A DNA stretch of 63,739 nt, counting the filler, from Octopus bimaculoides (lineage: Eukaryota): the NCBI RefSeq assembly GCF_001194135.2. It is 7 parts of 6 records of this genome, joined end to end, with 100 filler letters (N's around TTAATTAATTAA, not from the genome) between each part and the next. Parts side by side here need not be neighbours in the genome. Positions count along the whole stretch, not along the records: positions 26,284 to 54,411 come from NC_068986.1; positions 54,512 to 55,790 come from NC_068983.1; positions 55,891 to 59,125 come from NW_026392681.1; positions 59,226 to 60,955 come from NC_068986.1; positions 61,056 to 62,465 come from NW_026362457.1; positions 62,566 to 63,739 come from NC_069004.1; 1 more part is not named here. The stretch is one strand, 5' to 3'. Below, piece by piece: positions 52,107-63,739 of this stretch. The notes beneath the pieces were generated by a model. The model worked only from the letters and a program-made list of their open reading frames with translations. It was not told the DNA's origin and made no database searches. The position numbers and the translations under genes were made by a program. Position 1 is the stretch's first letter, and each line of letters begins with the position of its first letter.

Positions 52107-53472
52107 TTGGTCTAAAGATTTAATTGATGGAACAACTATACCACAGCTTGTTCATTGGCTCATTCCATTCAGCAAGAATAGGTTGGAGTGGGAATATTCT
52201 AGCTTGCTGCTTCCTAATCTTTTGTTAGTCCAGCAGCCTCCTTTGATATCGAATAGACCTGGTCAGCTTCTCACTTTAAATCTTCTATATTAGTATTCAA
52301 AACATTGACTGGTGAAGCTTTAATTTGAATTCCCAGTACTTACTGAAATCAGCTTTAGTACCACACCACAAGGAGTACTCTAATTCTAGGTTGGGAAACA
52401 CTATTGCCCAAGGTGCCATACGGTGGGATTGAACCTCAGACCACATGGTTGCAAAACTAGCTTCTTAGCCATACACCTATGCCTGTAACATGTTAGTAAA
52501 GTCATTTTATTTATTTATAGTTTAATATTAGCAATGTCTTTTGCTGTACATCTGCATATTGATCACTGCACCATTTAAATATTGATTTATAACATTGGCA
52601 CCAAGCCACAACTTTGTGGGAAGGGTGTAGACAAAGAACTGACTCCAGTCCTTGATGGGTTCTTTATTTCTATCAACTCCCCTCCACCCCCAGAAGGACA
52701 TAAAACAAAGTTGACATTGGCTGGGTTAGTAAGCAAATGCTCCATCAATATCAGTTGCGGTAATTTCTTTACTGTAATTGTTCAGCATCATGCCACACAT
52801 CAGTCTGTACATACCAGCCATGTTTGCTAGTTTCTGTGGATGGCTTTTGTACAGCATGCTTCATGAGAAGAGATTGTTATGTCTTGCTCAACACTCTGAC
52901 ATTTCACTGAAGATAGGAACAGTGTGAATGATTTCACATGATCTCCCAGTGCAGTGTCTCTTACTCTAGCTCTCACCGTCTCTCTTTTTCTTTCTCTGAG
53001 AGACAGAAAGAGAGAGAGAGAGAGAGAAAGACAGGGAGATAGAGAGAGAAAAAGAGGGAGAAAAGATATATATATATATGTATATATATATATGAATTTG
53101 TGTTGCAAGCTACTAAGAAGAACGGCAATAATGATGACAACAATATAGAGGGCTGAAGCACAGATGCGAAGCACATAGCCATGCATATGAACACGCATGC
53201 ACACACACACGCATGCATACACACACACACATGCACGCACGCACAAACACATGCACATATAAGGATAGACATCATAGAAGAACAAAATGGACTAAGTAGA
53301 GCGGGAGTACATACAAGGATGAAAAGCATTACTGAAGAGGTCACAGATGTGTGATGAAAGATTTCTGGACAATGGACAGGAGTTAAAATAAGAAGAGTAA
53401 TAAATGAGTAAAGAATGAATACATAGTGCATGTGTTTATTTTACGGAATAAAAATGACCATCCCAAAATACA

Positions 53473-53515
<43 letters not shown>

Positions 53516-53798
53516 AGTAAAAATAAATACAAAAAAGGTGGGTTTTTTTGTATGATTGTGTATAGAGGAATATATTATTTAGTTTAAAAGAGTTCCAGCA
53601 CTGTCTGTTTTTTATGTTTTATTTATATTCCTGCAGAACCAATGTGGGGTATAGAATATGGAATATACAATATATAATATAAAATAAAATAAAATAAAAA
53701 TGGATGGCACCATGAAAGAAAGTATTGAATGTAGATGAAATATTGAGTGTTCAATATAAAGGATCAAATATATAAATATATAAATATAAATATATAAA

Positions 53799-53838
53799 GG
53801 CGACTCGAGTTTCAGGGCTATTTCCCTTCGTCATGGCC
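53799..53838 (-). ncRNA. Degenerate minimal hammerhead (1-nt insertion in core)
   Basis: GGC-CAUGACGA-AGGG(aaauag)CCCU-GAAA-CUCGAG-UC-GCC; palindromic stem III, GUC triplet. Confidence 0.6.
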
Positions 53839-54177
53839 GGTATGACAGGAGTTAATGGCTTGCAACCGTTTACTCAACAGGCAAGAATTGAACACCTATT
53901 TTGTATGTCTTAAACAATGTCTGACAAGATTCAACTTTCAAATATTTTAAAATTTTATTGATTAATTTTCTGAAGGTCTTGAATTGAAACAGCTGTAAGG
54001 GTTGTTTGTCAACTTTTCAATTAATAAATATATATAAACCATGGTTTATATAGTTACCTTGCAGTTGAGTATTAACTGTAATGTTCTACGTCCTTTGTAT
54101 CAATTACTAACCAGTATTTTCATAGGATTTTGCTATCCCTGAATGAGGTTTGTAACCTTTATTTGTGTATTATGTAT

Positions 54178-54410
54178 CATCATCATCATCATCATCATCG
54201 TTTAACGTCCGCTTTCCGTGCTAGCATGGGTTGGACGATTTGACTGAGGACTGGTGAAACCGGATGGCAACACCAGGCTCCAATCTAATTTGGCAGAGTT
54301 TCCACAGCTGGATGCCCTTCCTAACGCCAACCACTCAGAGAGTGTAGTGGGTGCTTTTATGTGTCACCCGCACGAAAACGGCCACGCTCGAAATGGTGTC
54401 TTTTATGTGC
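54178..54410 (-). mobile_element. SINE-like family D with RTE-type 3' tail
   Basis: agtggttggcgttaggaagggcatccagctg ... ccaacccatgctagcacggaaagcggacgttaaacgatgatg. Other copies at about 18225-18490, 20810-21095, 24100-24270, 26320-26500, 31010-31090, 32135-32235, 35950-36150, 44360-44480, 48500-48780, 51040-51245 and 62140-62410. Confidence 0.85.
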
Positions 54411-54511
54411 CNNNNNNNNNNNNNNNNNNNNNNNNNNNNNNNNNNNNNNNNNNNNTTAATTAATTAANNNNNNNNNNNNNNNNNNNNNNNNNNNNNNNNN
54501 NNNNNNNNNNN

Positions 54512-54563
<52 letters not shown>

Positions 54564-55576
54564 TTGCATGTGTAAATATATGTTTGAATATACACACATA
54601 CACCACATATACACACACACACAACTGTTTTCCTGTTGTTTCTGTCTACTGAATTCCCTCACATGACTTTGAGTGGGAGGAAGCTTTATAATTAAAATCG
54701 TCGGCTGAAGATCTCTAATGGTTGATGTCAAGCTTTGATATAATCTATGAATGAATTAGTGCATTACTTGAAGAGGAATAAACACTTTAAATTTCGATAT
54801 ATGAAAACCAGGCATTTATTCAAATTATCAGAGACAATAAAATACTTGAACCAAATTTAGATACACTCTAACCCCAACGACTGACTCGCAATGATTTTAT
54901 TACTTTTAATCTTTAAGATGTCAATCCTTGCCTTGCATTTCACAGCAACTTCAAGTCTTGACAAAATTATTAGGGTGCTGTTGTTATATATATGACATGT
55001 CCTAGAAATTTTTCAATCTGGTGCAGCCCATCAATCTCCAGGTTGAACAATAATTGGTTTCTTCCAAAATGAGAAAGAGAGAAAATAATCAACCTCAGTA
55101 CAGGACTTAGTTTATCACCCCTGTCCCCACTAAAAGAATAAAAGGTGAAGTTAACCTCCGTGATGTTTGAACTCAAAGTGCAGAGAGTGTCAACAAATTC
55201 TGCAAAGCAATCTATATGATGCTCTCGTGACTTGGTCAATCTGCTGCCTTAGAAACCAACAGCATGTTAATGTACATCATGATGAAGAACATGAAAATAT
55301 ATACAAAGAAATGGTTACACTGATAGATTATCAAGTGTAGTACATTTCTACCCTCCATGTTATGCAACATAATAATATTCATGGTGTCATTTTATGATGA
55401 TGGTGACGATAATAATGATGGTGTGTTGATATAACAAACTATATCAAGGGCAAAGTTTAGACACACACATACACAACAGGCTTCTGCACAGTTTCCATGT
55501 ATGTATGTATATAACTGTATATATATATGTATGTATGTATATCGATATATATATATATATATACATATATATAGGA

Positions 55577-55626
<50 letters not shown>

Positions 55627-55790
55627 TAAATGAGGATGCAAAGAAAGAGGTCTGCAGATGCCACTACGATAGATTGCTTAATAAAGAGAATGAATGGGAG
55701 GAAGAGAGCCTGCCGTATGTCGACCCAATAGAGGGACCAGCTATCCGAGTTGATAGTACCAGGGTAGATAAAGCAATTAAGAGTATGAAG
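55627..55790 (+). mobile_element. RTE-type LINE ORF fragment (region just before the RT domain)
   Basis: Open frame [52 protein letters not shown] running into a gap; AIKSMK normally precedes the K(A/S)PGP motif. Confidence 0.7.
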
Positions 55791-57177
55791 NNNNNNNNNN
55801 NNNNNNNNNNNNNNNNNNNNNNNNNNNNNNNNNNTTAATTAATTAANNNNNNNNNNNNNNNNNNNNNNNNNNNNNNNNNNNNNNNNNNNNCTGGCGTTTC
55901 GAAGAGTTAGGGCAGGACGCATCGTTAGAATGACTCTTCCTACGGACACAAATTAAAATTGTTTCATGGAGGAATGTAGTGGCGGACAGAAAACAAGACA
56001 GGAAAACGAAACAGTGAAATAAACAAACACAGAAGGCTATACAGCCAGACGTGAAACAGTATGTGTATATTGAATGATGTGAAGCACGAACTGGAATGAA
56101 ACGGGACGAGGAATGTTCGTGTGTGCTTGGCGGGGCCAAGATATTGAAAAGAATTAGTAGTTGGACACATGTGACCAGCGAGGGGTAGGGAGAAAGAGTG
56201 ATAGAGGGAGAAGAAGGGGAGGAAGTAGAATATAAGTGAGCAACGAGAGACAGATATATATANNNNNNNNNNNNNNNNNNNNNNNNNNNNNNNNNNNNNN
56301 NNNNNNNNNNNNNNNNNNNNNNNNNNNNNNNNNNNNNNNNNNNNNNNNNNNNNNNNNNNNNNNNNNNNNNNNNNNNNNNNNNNNNNNNNNNNNNNNNNNN
56401 NNNNNNNNNNNNNNNNNNNNNNNNNNNNNNNNNNNNNNNNNNNNNNNNNNNNNNNNNNNNNNNNNNNNNNNNNNNNNNNNNNNNNNNNNNNNNNNNNNNN
56501 NNNNNNNNNNNNNNNNNNNNNNNNNNNNNNNNNNNNNNNNNNNNNNNNNNNNNNNNNNNNNNNNNNNNNNNNNNNNNNNNNNNNNNNNNNNNNNNNNNNN
56601 NNNNNNNNNNNNNNNNNNNNNNNNNNNNNNNNNNNNNNNNNNNNNNNNNNNNNNNNNNNNNNNNNNNNNNNNNNNNNNNNNNNNNNNNNNNNNNNNNNNN
56701 NNNNNNNNNNNNNNNNNNNNNNNNNNNNNNNNNNNNNNNNNNNNNNNNNNNNNNNNNNNNNNNNNNNNNNNNNNNNNNNNNNNNNNNNNNNNNNNNNNNN
56801 NNNNNNNNNNNNNNNNNNNNNNNNNNNNNNNNNNNNNNNNNNNNNNNNNNNNNNNNNNNNNNNNNNNNNNNNNNNNNNNNNNNNNNNNNNNNNNNNNNNN
56901 NNNNNNNNNNNNNNNNNNNNNNNNNNNNNNNNNNNNNNNNNNNNNNNNNNNNNNNNNNNNNNNNNNNNNNNNNNNNNNNNNNNNNNNNNNNNNNNNNNNN
57001 NNNNNNNNNNNNNNNNNNNNNNNNNNNNNNNNNNNNNNNNNNNNNNNNNNNNNNNNNNNNNNNNNNNNNNNNNNNNNNNNNNNNNNNNNNNNNNNNNNNN
57101 NNNNNNNNNNNNNNNNNNNNNNNNNNNNNNNNNNNNNNNNNNNNNNNNNNNNNNNNNNNNNNNNNNNNNNNNNNNNN

Positions 57178-57224
<47 letters not shown>

Positions 57225-57227
<3 letters not shown>

Positions 57228-57442
57228 TGTGATTCAAAAGTCGCCTTACATAGGAACAATTTATTTTTTTATTTATGAGAAACAGTTTATAAGAATAGTA
57301 TTTTTTTTATTTAACAGGCTCTATATGGTTGCTGTTGTTTTGAACACACATTGCAATACGTTTTCCCCACTCATTGTGAACTCGTAATAGCACATCTGGT
57401 GTTACCTGTTGTCGTTGATACATGGAGATTTTTGAATCACCC

Positions 57443-57444
<2 letters not shown>
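57225..57444. mobile_element. TA-flanked MITE (Tc1/mariner type)
   Basis: 15-bp TIRs cagtgtgattcaaaa / ttttgaatcaccctc (2 mismatches), TA on both sides. Confidence 0.6.
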
Positions 57445-57499
<55 letters not shown>

Positions 57500-57503
57500 A
57501 TAT

Positions 57504-57535
<32 letters not shown>

Positions 57536-58741
57536 ACACATATAAATTTGACACGGGCGTTTCTTTCTTGTCTTGGGATTCCCAGTCAAACGGCTGCGTG
57601 GAATTGCGCGAAAAATTACACAATGTAGAATGATCTGGTGCTGTTGCTGGGCTTTGTATTTTTTTCAAAGCTCCCATGGTTACCGAGATAATCTGCTATA
57701 ATAATACTCTTGTGCTTATGAACGAGAAAGGAAGGGGTGATAGATGAATAAGGAAGGAAGGGGTGATGTAATACTTGGTAGTGGGATGATGAAAATTGTA
57801 CGCTGAAAAAATAAAACAAACAGCGTTTCAACTCTGTGTGAATATATGTGTGTGTATGTAAATTGGGAGTATGTGAATGTGTGNNNNNNNNNNNNNNNNN
57901 NNNNNNNNNNNNNNNNNNNNNNNNNNNNNNNNNNNNNNNNNNNNNNNNNNNNNNNNNNNNNNNNNNNNNNNNNNNNNNNNNNNNNNNNNNNNNNNNNNNN
58001 NNNNNNNNNNNNNNNNNNNNNNNNNNNNNNNNNNNNNNNNNNNNNNNNNNNNNNNNNNNNNNNNNNNNNNNNNNNNNNNNNNNNNNNNNNNNNNNNNNNN
58101 NNNNNNNNNNNNNNNNNNNNNNNNNNNNNNNNNNNNNNNNNNNNNNNNNNNNNNNNNNNNNNNNNNNNNNNNNNNNNNNNNNNNNNNNNNNNNNNNNNNN
58201 NNNNNNNNNNNNNNNNNNNNNNNNNNNNNNNNNNNNNNNNNNNNNNNNNNNNNNNNNNNNNNNNNNNNNNNNNNNNNNNNNNNNNNNNNNNNNNNNNNNN
58301 NNNNNNNNNNNNNNNNNNNNNNNNNNNNNNNNNNNNNNNNNNNNNNNNNNNNNNNNNNNNNNNNNNNNNNNNNNNNNNNNNNNNNNNNNNNNNNNNNNNN
58401 NNNNNNNNNNNNNNNNNNNNNNNNNNNNNNNNNNNNNNNNNNNNNNNNNNNNNNNNNNNNNNNNNNNNNNNNNNNNNNNNNNNNNNNNNNNNNNNNNNNN
58501 NNNNNNNNNNNNNNNNNNNNNNNNNNNNNNNNNNNNNNNNNNNNNNNNNNNNNNNNNNNNNNNNNNNNNNNNNNNNNNNNNNNNNNNNNNNNNNNNNNNN
58601 NNNNNNNNNNNNNNNNNNNNNNNNNNNNNNNNNNNNNNNNNNNNNNNNNNNNNNNNNNNNNNNNNNNNNNNNNNNNNNNNNNNNNNNNNNNNNNNNNNNN
58701 NNNNNNNNNNNNNNNNNNNNNNNNNNNNNNNNNNNNNNNNN

Positions 58742-59125
58742 ACCACCTCCATCCACTACAAACACACAGACTCACACTCTTATCTCAACTTCTCCTCCTC
58801 CCACCCTAAACACACCAAGCTTTCCATCCCCTATTCCCACTTCCTCCGTCTATGCAGGCTCTGTAGTGACAACTATGACTTTGAGACTCAGTCTCAACTC
58901 ATGGCTCGCCACTTCATCCTACGTGGATATCCCCTCACCACTATCCACACCGCCCTTGCCAGAGCAAGTTTCCCCCGAACCCGCCCTGCCGTCTCCCACC
59001 TCCTTTTCTCCCTCACCTAGCACCCCACCACCCTATCTCTCCAACGCACCGTTCTCCGAGCTTTCTGGCGCCTCAAGTCCGACCCCTCCACCTCACACAT
59101 CTTCCCTAACCGACCCCTCCCCTCC
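58742..59125 (+). mobile_element. Penelope-like element, RT thumb region
   Basis: SHSYLNFSSSHPKHTKLSIPYSHFLRLCRLCSDNYDFETQSQLMARHFILRGYP, matching the HP..SIPYSQFLR..RICS..RGYP signature of PLEs. Confidence 0.85.
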
Positions 59126-59884
59126 NNNNNNNNNNNNNNNNNNNNNNNNNNNNNNNNNNNNNNNNNNNNTTAATTAATTAANNNNNNNNNNNNNNNNNNN
59201 NNNNNNNNNNNNNNNNNNNNNNNNNAAATGAAGATAAATGAACTGCATTAGGATACATTCAAATTGTAGCCAACAAATTAAAGAAGAGTTAAGTTAATTA
59301 CCTTAGTGATGAATTTTAAATACAATATTCAGAGCAAAATTACTAGGATTGATTGATTAAAACGATAGTGTAAAGACCGTAAACAAATATAGGGGTCTCA
59401 TCGCAAATGATCCACATATAAAATTATGATTGAAAAATTAAGTAATTATTATGATATAAAGTAGTAAGCCAGAAGACTAAATAATATCGAATAATACAAT
59501 AGATATTTATGAACAAAAAATTGTATAGAATTCAAGTTATATTATGAACGATACATTATATATCCAAAATTGCTAAGATTGATGGTCAAGGGGAGGTAAA
59601 TCTAGCACATCGATAAATAAGAAAATTTCTAGAGAAATTAAATGAAACTTTCTTTTTTAAATCCAAGCACATTGTTGAATTGATTATGATTTATAAAAAA
59701 CATTTTTTATGAAAACAACTTAAAGAGCACAATAAAGGATATGTAATCTAGATAACAAAGGATATTTTAAATTACAATATTACATAATACCTGAATTTAA
59801 GATTGAATTCATATGCTTACTATTTGAGACACTGTCAGTAGCTACACCGATTATACAAAATTATCATGGGCAATAAAAAAGGAC

Positions 59885-60775
59885 GTTGCAATTTACAGCG
59901 GGATCTGAATACAATATACTGGTGGACTAAAGTAAACAAAATGCGGTTTAATGCTGGAAAATTTCAAGCACTTCTCTATCAACTCACGAATATACAGGAT
60001 CCGAAGGCACTGCAATGCCAGAGTCACAGACAGTGAAAGACTTGGGGATCAGTATGTGTATCATTTCATATGCATCACTTCATATGCACATTACCAAGAT
60101 AGTAGCAAAGTGCAGACAACTCGCAGGATTGATAGTAAAGTCCTTCAAGGCAAGAAACCAAAAAGTAATGTTGACCCTGTTTTCAAGACAAGAAACTGAG
60201 AAGTAAAGTTGACCCTGTTCTCAAGACAAGAAACCAAGAAGTAATGTTGACCCTTTCTTGGTCGGCTAGACGACTGTTCCCAGCTGTATCAACCACATAG
60301 TACCAAGCAGTTCAATGCTACTACACAAAAAAATTGAAACAGTGCAGCGAATGAGCTACAGGGCGAGGTTGAAAACAGTGCAACTTTACTCCCTGGAGCG
60401 AAGGCGCGACAGGTATGTAATAATCTACATGTGGAAAATTCTAGAAGGGCTATTACCTGATTTGGGATTGAGTGTTATAGAAATGTCAGAACTAGACACC
60501 ATTGTATTGTACCAAAGGTACCGTCCACTCCATTTAAATTCAGGTACTATAGTAGTCTCGGGTTCAAAGGCCCAGAGCTCTTCAATGCCCTGCCACAAAA
60601 ATTAAGAAATCTGCATAAGGTGGAAGTAGATATCTTCAAAAAGGAACTAGACATCCTCTTCTCCACAATACCGGATGAACCAACAGCTCGATATGAGGTG
60701 CAGATGAGAGCAGCGGAATGAAACTCCCTTACACACCTAATGGGTCAACAACTGGGACAAAGGCACATACAGGAG
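59885..60775 (+). mobile_element. CR1/L2-group LINE, RT C-terminal half and 3' end
   Basis: LQRDLNTIYWW...NKMRFNAGKFQ, VKDLGI, YRARLKTVQLYSLERRRDRYVIIYMWKIL, GPELFNALP. Confidence 0.85.
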
Positions 60776-60910
60776 TGGTGATGTGAAACACTCCAGATTG
60801 AGGTAATCGACAAAATCAAGGTAGTGCTCCAGCATGACCACAGCCGCATGGCTGAAACGAATAAAAGAATATATATGTATATATACATACATACACACAC
60901 ACACACACAC

Positions 60911-60955
<45 letters not shown>

Positions 60956-62574
60956 NNNNNNNNNNNNNNNNNNNNNNNNNNNNNNNNNNNNNNNNNNNNT
61001 TAATTAATTAANNNNNNNNNNNNNNNNNNNNNNNNNNNNNNNNNNNNNNNNNNNNTCATCATCATCATCAACCTCATCATCGTCATCGTCTTTGTCGTCG
61101 ACATCGTTATCATCGTCCTCCTCTTCATCATCATCATCGTGAGCTTCATCATCGTTATTCTCATCAACATCACTCTGATCATCATGACCATTATTATTAT
61201 CATCAATATGCTACCAACATGTTCATTGTTCTCGTTTCCTATTCAACCTAGGTGATATATGGTCGTCTTCCTTGCAAAAAATAATAGCTAAATGTCCTTT
61301 GTACATTTCCCGAGGATAGAGGCTTCAAAAGGGGACGAGAAAGTTATTCGGGGCAACAATTTCGCCATTGTTGGAAGAATAACAGAACCTGTTAGCACAG
61401 ATGTTATTCCAATCTCAGGAAAAGAATAAAAATGTAGATTTACACCCTCACACACTAGTACGCAAACACATATACACAGACATATGTATGTATGTATGTA
61501 CGTGTGTACGTACATACGTACGTATGTGTACATATATATAGATATGCATGTATGTATGGATGCATGTGTGTGTATGTGTGTATATGTATGTATGTATATG
61601 CATGTATGTATATGTATGTATNNNNNNNNNNTATGTATGTATGTATGTTGGTAGGTATGTAGATTGGTAGGAAGGTACGTAGGTAGGTAGGCATGCATGT
61701 ATGTATGTATGTATGTATGTATGTGTATATGTATGTATATGTATGTNNNNNNNNNNNNNNNNNNNNNNNNNNNNNNNNNNNNNNNNNNNNNNNNNNNNNN
61801 NNNNNNNNNNNNNNNNNNNNNNNNNNNNNNNNNNNNNNNNNNNNNNNNNNNNNNNNNNNNNNNNNNNNNNNNNNNNNNNNNNNNNNNNNNNNNNNNNNNN
61901 NNNNNATGCGTGTATGTATGTATGTGTGTATGCGTCTGTTTATATATGTATGTATGTACGTACGTATATGTATATGCGTATGTATGTACGTATATGTACG
62001 TATATATGCATGTATGTATGTATATATTTATATGTAGGTAGGTAGGTATGCATGTATGCATGTGTGTATGCATGTGTGTATGCATATGTGTATGTATGTA
62101 TGTAAGTAATAAGACCGATCCTTCTAGTTGTGTCAATCACTCATGGCGGTGCCACGTAAAAACGTCCGTGTGATGCAATGTGAAAGCGCTCGTGCGTTGC
62201 CACATAAAAGCATCCAGTGCCACTCTGTAAAGTGGTTGGCGTTAGCAGGGGTATCGAGTTGCAGAAACCATGCCAAATAAGGCTGAAGTCTGATGGAGAC
62301 CCCCACCCCGCCGCCTCCATCTCGCTAGCTCTGGTCACACCATCCAACCCATGCTACTTTTTGGACAACGGTACTCAAAGGCCGGTGATGACGATGATGA
62401 TGATGATGATGACAATGATCATGATGATATATATTATATATATTGCTATTAGTCATGAGTGAAATNNNNNNNNNNNNNNNNNNNNNNNNNNNNNNNNNNN
62501 NNNNNNNNNTTAATTAATTAANNNNNNNNNNNNNNNNNNNNNNNNNNNNNNNNNNNNNNNNNNNNTGTTAACTT

Positions 62575-62700
62575 GACAAGGTGAAGGTGAGCTCTGATTG
62601 GCTGTATGCAAATGAGTACTTTACTGGGGTCCGGAACTCTCGTAGGAAAAAAAAATTCGCGCCCCGGACGGTACAGACTGTTGCTAGGACAGAGGTATTT
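62575..62700. promoter_or_regulatory. Candidate promoter: CCAAT + octamer + E2F-like site in a CpG-enriched patch
   Basis: ctgattggct, atgcaaat and aattcgcgcccc within about 75 bp, followed by a possible plus-strand donor (gacagag|gtattt). Motif clustering only. Confidence 0.4.
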
Positions 62701-63379
62701 CTATATGATTGCCATTGTGCCATTTACTAAAAATAAAAGGCAAATTGTTTTCCTACCGCATCTTATTTCCTTAAAAGGAACATGACAAATCAAGTATTAA
62801 ATATATTCATTGGTAATATTAGGTCTGAAAAGAAAGAACATAACAAAAAAAAAGAAAGAAAGAAATAAGACGCTGTGACTCAAACTAGATCGCCCTTGAT
62901 CATAAAGGTTTGTATAATCATGATTGACCTAGGGTTAAACGACAACAACAAAAACAACTAATCAACCAATCAACCAGCCGACCGACCGACCACCATGCCA
63001 AACATAGAAAGCTATCTTCAGTTATCCCTTCAAGTATCTTCGTATTCCAATATAAAAGAAACAACTGCAATCCGCACCCCCACCACGTCTTCTCTGTAAT
63101 TCCAAGCATGCATGACAATGTCGGTACCAATTTCCTATTCTTATTTCCTACAAATGTTATATTTAGCACATTTTAAAAACGGGACTTCGTGTGAATGCAG
63201 AAAGTCACGTTGTTTAACATGAGCTGACAGTTCTTCGTCAGCGGGGAGGGCCAACGTTTGTTTGTATTCATGAAGTTTTCAGCTGTGGGAAATATTGACG
63301 AGTTGTGGGAATTTTTTTTTTTTGGGCTTTTATACGTATGCTTGTAGGTATGTATATGCGAGCGCGTACGCGTATGTGT

Positions 63380-63460
63380 ATGTGTGTGTGTGTGTTTACC
63401 TCTGCGTGCGCGCGCGCATGAATTCGTGGAATTCTGGGAGAATGTAGCTCCATAATTCTT
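63380..63460. promoter_or_regulatory. Candidate promoter / 5' exon: NRF1-like and ZNF143/Staf-like motifs
   Basis: tgcgcgcgcgca; gctacattctcccagaa on the minus strand; possible minus-strand donor cagag|gtaaac at 63399. Confidence 0.35.
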
Positions 63461-63739
63461 AGGCTGCCGAACTTGGTCAAGTCTGGTACAAAAAAGAAAC
63501 ATGCGCTTCTGTATGCATGCATGTATGTAGGTAGGTATGTATGCATGTAGGTTTGTATGACTTTGTCTGTCTGTCTGTATGTATGTATGTATGTATATAC
63601 GTACGTATGTACGTACGTATGCGTGTATGCTTGCAAGTTTGTATGTACGTATGTATGTGTGTGTATGTATGTATACATGTATGTATGTATACATGTATGT
63701 ATGATTGTATATGTGTATGTACGTATGTATGCATGTAGA

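Noticed and set aside
54057-54137. Possible upstream exon of the coiled-coil gene (cctcattcag ... aag|gtaact)
   Set aside because: Stops in all three frames, and it lies in Penelope-like context.
54456-54467. Recurrent TTAATTAATTAA motif as a biological signal
   Set aside because: Always embedded in N runs; assembly padding.
55843-59177. The longest ORFs in the supplied track (300-460 aa)
   Set aside because: Made mostly of X from N gaps.

Overview
AT-rich, microsatellite-dense animal genomic DNA from a gapped draft assembly. The SINE/MITE content is most consistent with an octopus (coleoid cephalopod); this is my recognition, not a database result. There are two spliced protein-coding genes, both on the minus strand. 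(1) Two N-lobe exons of a CaMKI-type kinase (17275-17409, 9941-10015). (2) The last ten exons (377 aa, phase-consistent across all nine introns) of an unidentified long coiled-coil protein (50330 to 30117). The rest is intron or intergenic DNA full of transposon material: a near-full-length Tc1, mariner relics and MITEs, a hAT MITE with an intact TSD, TTAA-flanked MITEs, RTE, CR1/L2 and Penelope fragments, and at least four tRNA-head or RTE-tail SINE families. Nearly all ORFs in the supplied track are microsatellite or gap artefacts. The most notable signal outside standard annotation is about a dozen minimal type-I hammerhead-ribozyme-like motifs of the kind carried by Penelope-like elements. 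Two are structurally near-complete (33926-33974, 47223-47276), and a CCG (rather than CUG) core start recurs at three unrelated sites. There are also several perfect or long palindromes and inverted repeat pairs inside introns. Repeat boundaries are approximate unless a TSD or TIR is quoted.
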